A stretch of DNA of 19,642 nt, counting the filler, from Pseudomonadota bacterium (GTDB taxonomy: Bacteria > Desulfobacterota > Desulfobacteria > Desulfobacterales > JBDRRP01): assembly GCA_043825735.1 (NCBI GenBank). It is 3 parts of 3 records of this genome, joined end to end, with 100 filler letters (N's around TTAATTAATTAA, not from the genome) between each part and the next. Parts side by side here need not be neighbours in the genome. Positions count along the whole stretch, not along the records: positions 1 to 4,666 come from JBDRRP010000156.1; positions 4,767 to 16,947 come from JBDRRP010000157.1; 1 more part is not named here. One strand, given 5' to 3'. Below the pieces are notes generated by a model. That model searched no databases, was not told the DNA's origin, and saw only the letters and a program-made list of their open reading frames with translations. Made by a program: the position numbers and the translations under genes. This document shows, one piece after another, positions 1 through 7,591 of the stretch (within the stretch, counting starts at the first letter, position 1; the number at the start of each line of letters is the position of its first letter).

Positions 1-414
1 GGCTGTCTTCTCACCGATAAAGGCTATTCGGCCCGACTGAAAGACCTGTTTGATCATCAGAGCGACTTTGCCGTGCGAGACCTCCATCTGCTGAGGCACG
101 GCCGTCACCTGCGCCTGGACGATAAAACAAAGATCATCGTCGGCAGAACCCAAAAAGACAATGAAAATATAACCGAACATTTCAATCCAGCCCTGGACAC
201 CATCTTAAAGGTGAAAAATTTTCCCGGCCCGACCGTTCTGGTGCCGTACGGCGGCGAGAAAGATATTTTGGCGCATGCGGCAGCTATCTGTACCGGCTAC
301 AGCAAGGCACCGGAAGGCACTCCCGTCGATGTGACTGCCGACTCCCCGCAGGGGCTGGAAGCCATCCGGACACTCGGAATAAAACCCATTAATATCAGGC
401 GGTTCATAATTTAA
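1..414 (+). CDS. 3' part of a ThiI/MnmA-like tRNA thiolation protein with C-terminal NFACT-R/DUF814-like domain (5' end outside window)
   Basis: Frame 1 is open from base 1: GCLLTDKGYSARLKDLF...LRHGRHLRLDDKTKIIVGRTQKDNE...FPGPTVLV...AAAICTGYSKA, stop TAA 412-414. GCLLTD, GRHxRL, IVGRxxxDN and GP motifs are typical of this family. The ORF-track start at 73 is internal. Confidence 0.7.
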   Translation, partial: GCLLTDKGYSARLKDLFDHQSDFAVRDLHLLRHGRHLRLDDKTKIIVGRTQKDNENITEHFNPALDTILKVKNFPGPTVLVPYGGEKDILAHAAAICTGYSKAPEGTPVDVTADSPQGLEAIRTLGIKPINIRRFII

Positions 415-586
415 AAGCACCAATGCCCTGTTGGCTCACCTCAGTGACATGGTAATCCGAAAATCCCGCAGGATATCTTTGCCTTCCGGTAGGCTTTATG
501 GTAGATCTGCCCTGGACTTTCGGCAGAGAAGAGGGCCCCTCTCTTTCACTATCAAGAGACGTGAGTTGCGCAACCGGACAAACCCC

Positions 587-2173
587 ATGAACGGATCGCT
601 TTACAAAAAAGTCGGCATCGCATCGGTCATCATGATGGCATCGGTGTTTTTCAGCCGGCTGATCGGCATCGTGAGGGAGATGGTGATCGCATACATCGGC
701 GGTGTGGGCAGAGGGGTCGATGCATACCAGGTGTCATTCGTGATTCCGGAAATCCTGAACCACCTGGCTGCCAGCGGTTTTTTGTCCGTAACCTTCATTC
801 CGATTTTCTCGTCCTATCTGGCCAATGGAAAAGAAGATGACGGTTGGAAAGTGTTTTCCGTAGTCATGACGTGCTTCGGCGGCGGTCTGCTTGCCCTGAT
901 CTTCGCGGCAGTCATCTTTGCCCCGCGGCTTGTCGGACTATTGGCCCCGGGAATCGACGATCCCAAGGTGATGGCGGATGCCGTAAGGATGACCCGCATC
1001 ATTCTTCCTGCCCAGTTTTTCTTTTTCACCGGCGGCATGTTCATGGCGGTTCAGTTCGCCAAAGAGAAATTCTCCTTCCCGGCGCTGGCGCCGCTGGTAT
1101 ACAATCTGGGCATCATCGCCGGCGGCGTCGCCCTGGGATCCCGAATCGGAATGGATGGCTTCTCCTGGGGGGTGCTCGCCGGGTCGTTCGCCGGCAACTT
1201 CGCACTTCAGTACTGGGGCGCCAGAAAGGCCGGGATGCGCTTCGTGCCGACACTCGACTTCCGGCACCCTGAGCTCTGGGCCTACATCAAATTGACTCTT
1301 CCGCTGATGCTCGGACTGACGATGATGTTTTCGACAGAGGTTTTCCTCAAGTTTTTCGGGAGTTATCTGCCCGGAGGCGGAATTTCCGCCCTCAACTACG
1401 GGCTGAGGATAATGCTGTTTCTGGTGGGATTTTTCGGCCAGGCCCTGGGTGTGGCCTCATTCCCCTTTCTGGCCCGACTGGCGGCGGAGAACCGAATGGC
1501 GGACATGGAACGACTGCTGAACGACGCGCTGAGATATCTGTCTCTTGTGGTACCGTTTTCCGTGCTGCTGATCGTGCTCCGATACGAGATCGTCATCCTG
1601 CTGTTTCAGCGCGGGCGTTTCGACGCGGCAGCCACGGAGTTGACCGCCCGGGTACTGGTGTGGCTCATGATCGGGGCATCCGCATTTGCCGCACAGACGG
1701 TGGTGGTCAGGGGTTTTTACGCCGTTAAAAATACGCTGCTTCCGGCGCTGTATAGTTCGCTGGCCGTGGTGTTCAGCCTCCCGCTTTACCTTATCGGCCT
1801 GCGATGGATGGGGGTGGAAGGGGTGGCCCTGGCCGTTTCCCTGTCTGCGATGCTTCAAGTCACCATTCTCTATCTTCTGTGGAGCCGGCACACGGGCAAC
1901 CGGGATGTGGGAAGAGTCTGCGGGGCTTATGCCCGTCAGATCCTTTTTGCCGTGCCGCTGGCTATCGGCCTGTCGGCGATTCGAAACACACTGCTTGCAG
2001 GCCTTCCGGCGTCCACTCCCGCCAATTGCATCATTGTCGCATCCATCGTCGGCACGGTCTTCCTGCTGCTGATGGCCGGTGCCGGCTACCTTTTAAAAGT
2101 CGAAGAAATCATGGGGACCATCGGAAAAGTTCGCGCCCGGTTCACTACCAACAACCGAAAAAAGGCCGACTGA
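587..2173 (+). CDS. murJ: MurJ/MviN family lipid II flippase (MOP superfamily), divergent type
   Basis: SRLIGIVRE...DAYQVSFVIPE, TFIPIFS, LFQRGRFDA and RGFYAVKNTLLP motifs, with many hydrophobic segments. ATG at 587 (in frame with the 431 ORF) gives a normal MurJ N-terminus; the 431 TTG extension is basic and does not resemble the family. Confidence 0.85.
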   Translation: MNGSLYKKVGIASVIMMASVFFSRLIGIVREMVIAYIGGVGRGVDAYQVSFVIPEILNHLAASGFLSVTFIPIFSSYLANGKEDDGWKVFSVVMTCFGGGLLALIFAAVIFAPRLVGLLAPGIDDPKVMADAVRMTRIILPAQFFFFTGGMFMAVQFAKEKFSFPALAPLVYNLGIIAGGVALGSRIGMDGFSWGVLAGSFAGNFALQYWGARKAGMRFVPTLDFRHPELWAYIKLTLPLMLGLTMMFSTEVFLKFFGSYLPGGGISALNYGLRIMLFLVGFFGQALGVASFPFLARLAAENRMADMERLLNDALRYLSLVVPFSVLLIVLRYEIVILLFQRGRFDAAATELTARVLVWLMIGASAFAAQTVVVRGFYAVKNTLLPALYSSLAVVFSLPLYLIGLRWMGVEGVALAVSLSAMLQVTILYLLWSRHTGNRDVGRVCGAYARQILFAVPLAIGLSAIRNTLLAGLPASTPANCIIVASIVGTVFLLLMAGAGYLLKVEEIMGTIGKVRARFTTNNRKKAD

Positions 2174-2262
2174 CAGCATTGTTCGCCATGGGTATCCGGC
2201 ACCCGGCAGACACCTCGGACGGGGAACGCTTATATACAGGAATCTGCTTGATCAGCCCACGA

Positions 2263-2271
2263 TGATATGAT
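2263..2271 (+). promoter_or_regulatory. possible extended -10 promoter element (TGaTATGAT) for the glucan synthase gene
   Basis: TGnTATGAT about 100 bp upstream of ATG 2372; no convincing -35 element. Confidence 0.3.
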
Positions 2272-2371
2272 TAATAGCGGTTGGCGTGTAGCAAACCAGC
2301 CGGCACTCAGGCGTTGCGGTTTAAGCGCACACCGAAATGTGTAACATTTCCCTAAAACAGGAATTTAGTGA

Positions 2372-4666
2372 ATGACCCGGGCCAACATCGTCATCACATT
2401 TACCATCGCCCTTCTGACCATCAGCCTCTGGGCATTTTTCAATCATCCGGAGGTCGAGCCCCCGTGGCCGGAAAAGATCCAGGGCTTTTGTTTTATGCCG
2501 TTTCGCGCCGGCCAGGACCCCATCAAAAACATTTTTCCGACTGAGGCGCAAATCCATGAGGATCTGGCCATGCTGGCCGGTAAGGTCCACGCGGTCCGAA
2601 CCTACAGCATGGAAGTTCCCATGGATCAGATTCCCCGGCTGGCAGAAAAATACGACATAAACGTAACGCTCGGGGCATGGATCAGCCAGGATTACGGACG
2701 CAACGAGGAAGAGATCGAACGATTGATCGAGGTGGCCCGCACCAGCCCGAACGTTGTGCGCGCGATCGTAGGCAATGAGGCAATCCTTCGCGGAGACGTC
2801 CCCATTCCGCTGCTCATCAGCTATCTGAGAAAGGTCCGCACCGCCCTCCATATACCGGTCAGTACGGCCGAACCCTGGCATGTCTGGAAAAGCACCCCCG
2901 AACTCGCCGAAAATTCAGATTTTATAGGCGTTCACCTGCTGCCATTCTGGGAAGGTATCCCCGTGGATCTGGCTGTAGACTTTTCGGTAAATCGCTATAA
3001 CGAACTCAAGGCCCAGTTTCCGGATAAACCCATTATCATTGCCGAAGTGGGATGGCCCAGCAATGGCCGGACCCGGCGTTCGGCCGTCGCATCCCCGTCC
3101 AACGAGGCCACGTTTCTTCGCAGATTTCTAAAGCGTGCCGAGGAAGAAAATTACATTTACTATCTGATGGAGGCATTCGACCAGCCGTGGAAACGCCAGA
3201 GCGAAGGCGCGGTAGGTGCGTACTGGGGCGTTTACGACGTCGAGCGCAAACCCAAGTTCGCCTTTTTCACGCCCATCGTCAACATTCCCGAATGGCGGGT
3301 CCTGGCCGCCATTTCCGTCGTCGTGGCCGCCATTACCCTCGCTATGCTGCTCATAGACAGCCAGACGCTGAACGTTCGCGGCCGGAGCTTCCTGGCGGTG
3401 GTGGCCTTTGCCCTGGTCACCGTGTCGGTATGGGCCACCTATGACTACGTGCACCAGTACATTACCCTGACAACGGTTGTCGTGGGCGTGTTGATTGTTT
3501 GCGGCATCATCGGTGTACTGATCGTGCTGCTTACGGAGGCCCATGAGTGGGCCGAGACCCTCTGGGTCCGGGAAAGGCGGCGGGCGTTCAGGCCGATAAT
3601 CGTTGATGATGCCGAATTACCGATGGTGTCCGTCCACGTGCCCATCCACAACGAACCCCCGGAGATGGTCATGGAAACACTGGATGCCCTTGCCCGGATG
3701 GATTATCCCCTTTACGAAGTCATCGTGGTTGACAACAACACCAAAGACCCGGCGGTCTGGCAACCGGTTTCAGATCATTGCGTGCGACTGGGTCCCCGTT
3801 TTCGTTTTTTTCATGTCGATCCCCTTGCGGGGTACAAGGCAGGAGCCCTGAATTTCGCTCTCAGGAACACTGATCCGAAGGCGGTCGTCATCGGGGCGAT
3901 TGATAGTGATTACGTGGTGGCCCCCCGGTGGCTGCGGGACCTGGTATCCCAGTTCACGTCGCCGAAAATCGCCATCGTGCAGGCCCCCCAGGACTATCGG
4001 GACGGTCATGCCAATGCGTTTAAGGCCATGTGTTTTGCCGAGTACCGGGGATTTTTTTTCATCGGCATGATTACCCGAAACGAACGCAATGCCATTATCC
4101 AGCACGGTACCATGACGCTGATTCGCCGGAATGTGCTGGAGGAAGTGAACGGTTGGAGCGAATGGTGTATCACCGAGGATGCCGAACTCGGTATCCGAAT
4201 TTTCGAAAAGGGGTATGAGGCCCTTTACATCCCTAAAAGCTATGGAAAAGGTCTGATACCCGACACTTTTAAAGATTACAAGCGTCAGCGGTTTCGCTGG
4301 GCCTATGGTGCCGTTCAGATCATGCGACGACATGCCGGAGAACTGTCGGGGCTTGCCAAAAGCAAGCTGACCATCGGACAGCGTTACCACTTTTGGGCCG
4401 GGTGGCTCCCCTGGCTGTCCGACGGTGTGAACTTGCTGTTCAGCCTTGCTGCGCTGCTATGGTCGTTGGCCATGATCTTTTTTCCCAAGTACGTTGACCC
4501 GCCCATGCTGGTCTTTTCCATATTTCCGTTGATGCTGTTCGGCTTCAAAGTCGCCAAGCTGGTGCACCTGTACCGGGGGGCCCACATCGTTGCAACACTG
4601 GGCCAGACCATTGCCGCAGCATTTGCCGGATTAGCGCTTTCGCATACCATCGCCAAAGCGATTCTG
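2372..4666 (+). CDS. ndvB: NdvB-like beta-1,3-glucan synthase/glucanosyltransferase: periplasmic GH17 domain, TM segment and GT2 domain; 3' end lost in the gap
   Basis: N-terminal membrane anchor. GH17 motifs IVGNEAILR (acid/base Glu) and IIIAEVGWPS (nucleophile Glu), plus EAFDQPWK. GT2 motifs VVDNNT, KAGALN, IDSDY (DxD), TEDAEL and QRFRW (QxxRW). RBS-like CAGGAA upstream. Confidence 0.8.
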
Positions 4667-4766
4667 NNNNNNNNNNNNNNNNNNNNNNNNNNNNNNNNNN
4701 NNNNNNNNNNTTAATTAATTAANNNNNNNNNNNNNNNNNNNNNNNNNNNNNNNNNNNNNNNNNNNN
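4667..4766. other. artificial contig/scaffold linker
   Basis: 44 N + TTAATTAATTAA (stop codons in all six frames) + 44 N. Confidence 0.97.
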
Positions 4767-4820
4767 TCATGAAAAATTTATTAAGAGAGACTACAAAGCA
4801 TAGGTGTTATCTATAAATCA

Positions 4821-4886
4821 AGACAAACAAGGGGTCGCGTCTTCATTCTTGATAGACAAACAAGGGGTCGCGTCTTCATTCTTGAT
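4821..4886. repeat. perfect 33-bp direct tandem repeat, 2 copies (AGACAAACAAGGGGTCGCGTCTTCATTCTTGAT), REP-like
   Basis: Copies at 4821-4853 and 4854-4886 are identical, with no spacer between them. Confidence 0.9.
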
Positions 4887-4961
4887 AAATTTATAAGCAA
4901 GGTGAAGGCGCTAAATTTGACGTTTGCTCTGGAGTTGGCCAAACTTCGTTGGCGGAAAGTC

Positions 4962-6806
4962 TCATTTCAAATGATCTTCCGTGTACAGGGTAAGCTCGAT
5001 CATCCGCTCAAGGAGGTCGTCTGTTTGCAGCCCGGGAAAATTGTGACGAACCAGTTCCTTGCAAAACAGGTTGCAAATATAACGAAGCTTGCGGCGCTTC
5101 TGTTTGCCGGCATACACGAAGTCTCTGTGTCCATTGTTGATTACGATGACGTTCTTGTCCACATCAAATCTCGAACGCCACATCTCTCCCGGAGCCCGAC
5201 GATACGTATACCCCGGCATTCCCTTTCGTGCCCCCCCGGCCCCGGTTATTTGATCTACGAGTGAATCGGTAATGGTTATCAACGCCTCATCCATGCATTT
5301 CGTCTCCCCTTGGCGGACGATGACCCTCAATGTGGTCAGGCACGGCTCTGAAGGCGCAATAAAAACGACCGTTTCATCTTCGCTGCCCTGGAGCTGACCT
5401 TCTCCATCCGTTATTTCCCAGTGATAAATCAGATCCTCCGAAACAATCCGCCGTGAGCGATCCCGGCACACAGCTCGATATTTCTTGTGTTTGTCAACCG
5501 GGGCCACACTCGATTTCGGGGAAATCAGCACACTGAACAACGGCCCGGCAAAATCAAAGAACGCCATCTGTCCTCTCTCATCACCGTCAGGCTCCGGAGC
5601 GGCTTCGTGCGCCTCGCCTTGTTGGCTGTTATCCACGCGGGCAGCCCCAATCATCGGACCTTCGGAAAAAAGGGGATCTTTCTTCTTCTGAGTTTTTCCG
5701 CCATGAATATCGAACCAGTCATATTCCTCCTGCGGAAGACGTAAAAACGCCTCTTTGAGAGCACGCTGAACCTTGCGCAGAATCTGGCGACTGGACCGTT
5801 CCTCCTCCGCCTTGCGCTGCTCCTGGATCACCTGCTCCAGATGCTTTTCAACCGGTGCCAACGCCCGGCAAAAAGCGTCAAACCGGTCATCACGAATGAT
5901 TCCATGACGGGTCCCCGGCGTAAGATTCAGAAACGGAACGTCAAGAATCCCCTGGAGATACCCTGCCGTCCATGGCTCTTTCTGAAAATGATCAAGCTCG
6001 ATAATCGACGGCAGGACCCGCGTGCCGCGTCGATACACCCCAACCTGGTTGGTGGAACCGGGTTCGCTAAGGTACAGCTCCAGGTAGATATCGTCCGTCC
6101 CGGTGTCGGCGGGTTTGAGGTCATGGAGCAGACGGCCGGAAAACTGTCGCGGTACCACAACATATTCTGCCCGGCCTGTTCGATCTACAACCCTGATCTT
6201 AACCTCCGACGCCTTGATGCGGTCCCTCAGTTCAGACGATAGATAGCGCTGGATCTTTTCACCCGTCAAAGACCGCAACCCCGGCAGCAGGGGATAGATC
6301 ATAAGTTCTGTTCCCTCGAAGGGTATCAACACCCGTTTTTTGATAACCGAGAATTCCGGTGAATCCTTGGTCATCGTCATCTCGTATGTGTTTCTATCGA
6401 CTCCGCAACAGGTGATCCTGAGGTTCTGACCGACCGTCCAAAAACTGAGGAGGCCAATGCCGAATTCACCCTGGATTCCCTCTGCGCCCTCGGCTTTTAA
6501 CCGCCGCTTGATGGAATCACATATGTGGGTTGCCACGTGCCGGAAATCGGGCAATCCCTCTTCGGTCCTCGGTATTCCTTCACCGTCATCGCTGACCTTC
6601 AGATAGAATTCGCTCCTCTTCTTTCCTCGCGTAATGACGACGTGTCTTGCCCGTGCATCAATGCTGTTTTCCACAAACTCGGCCACTGCTTTCAGCGGAT
6701 TGGCTTGCGAACTGGCGATGATGCTGATCGCGTTCCAGTGGTCTGCGATGCGCAGCTTCCCGGAACGGGCGCCTTTTCTTCTTCTTTTAAGCGTTGATTT
6801 GGCCAT
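4962..6806 (-). CDS. GHKL (HATPase_c, MORC/MutL/Hsp90-like) ATPase, 614 aa, with probable S5 transducer, coiled coil, Ig-like and C-terminal domains
   Basis: All Bergerat-fold motifs are present: AEFVENSIDA (E43, N47), SDDGEGI (DxGxG), GEFGIGLLS (GxxGxG) and GTEL. Long intact ORF with ATG start. Confidence 0.8.
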   Translation of the reverse strand: MAKSTLKRRRKGARSGKLRIADHWNAISIIASSQANPLKAVAEFVENSIDARARHVVITRGKKRSEFYLKVSDDGEGIPRTEEGLPDFRHVATHICDSIKRRLKAEGAEGIQGEFGIGLLSFWTVGQNLRITCCGVDRNTYEMTMTKDSPEFSVIKKRVLIPFEGTELMIYPLLPGLRSLTGEKIQRYLSSELRDRIKASEVKIRVVDRTGRAEYVVVPRQFSGRLLHDLKPADTGTDDIYLELYLSEPGSTNQVGVYRRGTRVLPSIIELDHFQKEPWTAGYLQGILDVPFLNLTPGTRHGIIRDDRFDAFCRALAPVEKHLEQVIQEQRKAEEERSSRQILRKVQRALKEAFLRLPQEEYDWFDIHGGKTQKKKDPLFSEGPMIGAARVDNSQQGEAHEAAPEPDGDERGQMAFFDFAGPLFSVLISPKSSVAPVDKHKKYRAVCRDRSRRIVSEDLIYHWEITDGEGQLQGSEDETVVFIAPSEPCLTTLRVIVRQGETKCMDEALITITDSLVDQITGAGGARKGMPGYTYRRAPGEMWRSRFDVDKNVIVINNGHRDFVYAGKQKRRKLRYICNLFCKELVRHNFPGLQTDDLLERMIELTLYTEDHLK

Positions 6807-6828
6807 GATATTTTTGAAGTATCCTATA

Positions 6829-6858
6829 ATTATATGGCGGTTAATTGTTTCAGGTCAT
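6829..6858 (-). promoter_or_regulatory. putative sigma70 promoter for the GHKL ATPase gene
   Basis: Minus strand ATGACC (6858-6853), 18-nt spacer, consensus TATAAT (6834-6829), 22 bp upstream of the ATG. Confidence 0.45.
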
Positions 6859-6891
6859 GTCACAAGATTGCCGCAAATTAAGCTTAACTCC

Positions 6892-7386
6892 TCATCCGAA
6901 AAAGAGCATGGATTGGATTTTTTTGTCCAGGGTGCGTGTATTCCAGCGTTCGATCCGGCACATCTCGACGTAAAACTTTCGTTTGAGTGAGTCGTCGATC
7001 CGGATGATGTGCAGAAAGTGTGTCCATCCCAATTGTGTAATCAGTGATTGCACAATCTTCAGGTCGGGAAACACCTCAGCAAAGCGAATCATATGGAAGA
7101 GATTCCGCCTGCCGAATCCTCGCCCGAACTCTGACTCCAATTGTCGCCCCAGCGCGGCGACAATCTCCTTGCCGTAGGCCGCCCGCTTTTTTTCGAGAAT
7201 ATCCTCGCGAATACGTCGTCCAATCTCCCAGTAAAGCATGGTGAGTTCAGCATTGACCGCTTGTGCTACCTGGCGGCGGGCCGATAGAATCAGATCTCGG
7301 ATGTCGGTCAGAAGTGACTTATTCATCGGGGCAGGCACCTTAGCAGATGTTTTGGTTTTTTCTTTTTGGCTTTTTTGCGATTTCAT
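6892..7386 (-). pseudogene. DUF1016/YhcG family protein, N-terminal domain only (C-terminal PD-(D/E)xK nuclease domain absent)
   Basis: VNAELTMLYWEIGRRI, RAAYGKEIVAALGRQLESEFGRGF, LGWTHF and RKFYVEMCRIERWNTRTL are YhcG N-domain motifs. The ORF stops at ..IQSMLFFG*, where full-length members continue for roughly another half of the protein. Confidence 0.75.
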
Positions 7387-7490
7387 TATCTTCCATGCAA
7401 ATTTGCAAAAACTCTGTATCGTGCTTTGACCACATCGCCGGCGGTGATGCGGTTGGTGATGGTGAATTTTGGTCTGAAAAGGCTATTCAT
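7386..7490 (-). pseudogene. 34-aa ORF, probable internally deleted Fic-family gene remnant (not in the ORF track)
   Basis: ATG at 7490 with AGGGG upstream; reads MNSLFRPKFTITNRITAGDVVKARYRVFANLHGR*. FxPKFTITNRITAG resembles N-termini of Fic proteins (from memory). Its TAA overlaps the DUF1016 ATG (TAATG). Confidence 0.5.
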
Positions 7491-7591
7491 AAATACCCCT
7501 GTGTGAGAAAACACCGTTTACTACTTTCCTGTATCACAGGAAAATTGTTTTCCGTCCCTGTTCCATCCGGCATGGGGGATTTTCGGTAATT

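Noticed and set aside
525..574. Short hairpin AGAGG-GCC-CCTCT and palindrome GTTGCGCAAC upstream of murJ
   Set aside because: Stems are short, with no good U-tract and no recognisable riboswitch consensus; compatible with chance.
431..586. 52-aa N-terminal extension of murJ in the ORF track
   Set aside because: TTG start and Arg-rich sequence unlike MurJ; family similarity begins at ATG 587.
2283..2317. Possible sigma54 promoter (GGCAC...TTGC) upstream of the glucan synthase
   Set aside because: GG-to-GC spacing is 12 nt instead of the obligatory 10.
4711..4722. TTAATTAATTAA palindrome (also at 16992-17003) as a biological repeat or att site
   Set aside because: Centred in N runs; it is a six-frame-stop assembly spacer.
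4821..4886. CRISPR array
   Set aside because: Only two units, directly abutting with no spacer, and no cas genes nearby.
4902..5264. 120-aa plus-strand ORF, and the many other 60-260-aa ORFs overlapping the long genes (e.g. 2321-2881, 3770-4390, 14937-15707, 16077-16631)
   Set aside because: Antisense or off-frame shadows of well-supported genes, with no recognisable motifs.
7396..7407. 12-bp palindromes TGCAAATTTGCA here and ATAAACGTTTAT at 10683-10694
   Set aside because: Isolated AT-rich palindromes of this length are expected a few times in 20 kb; no supporting context.
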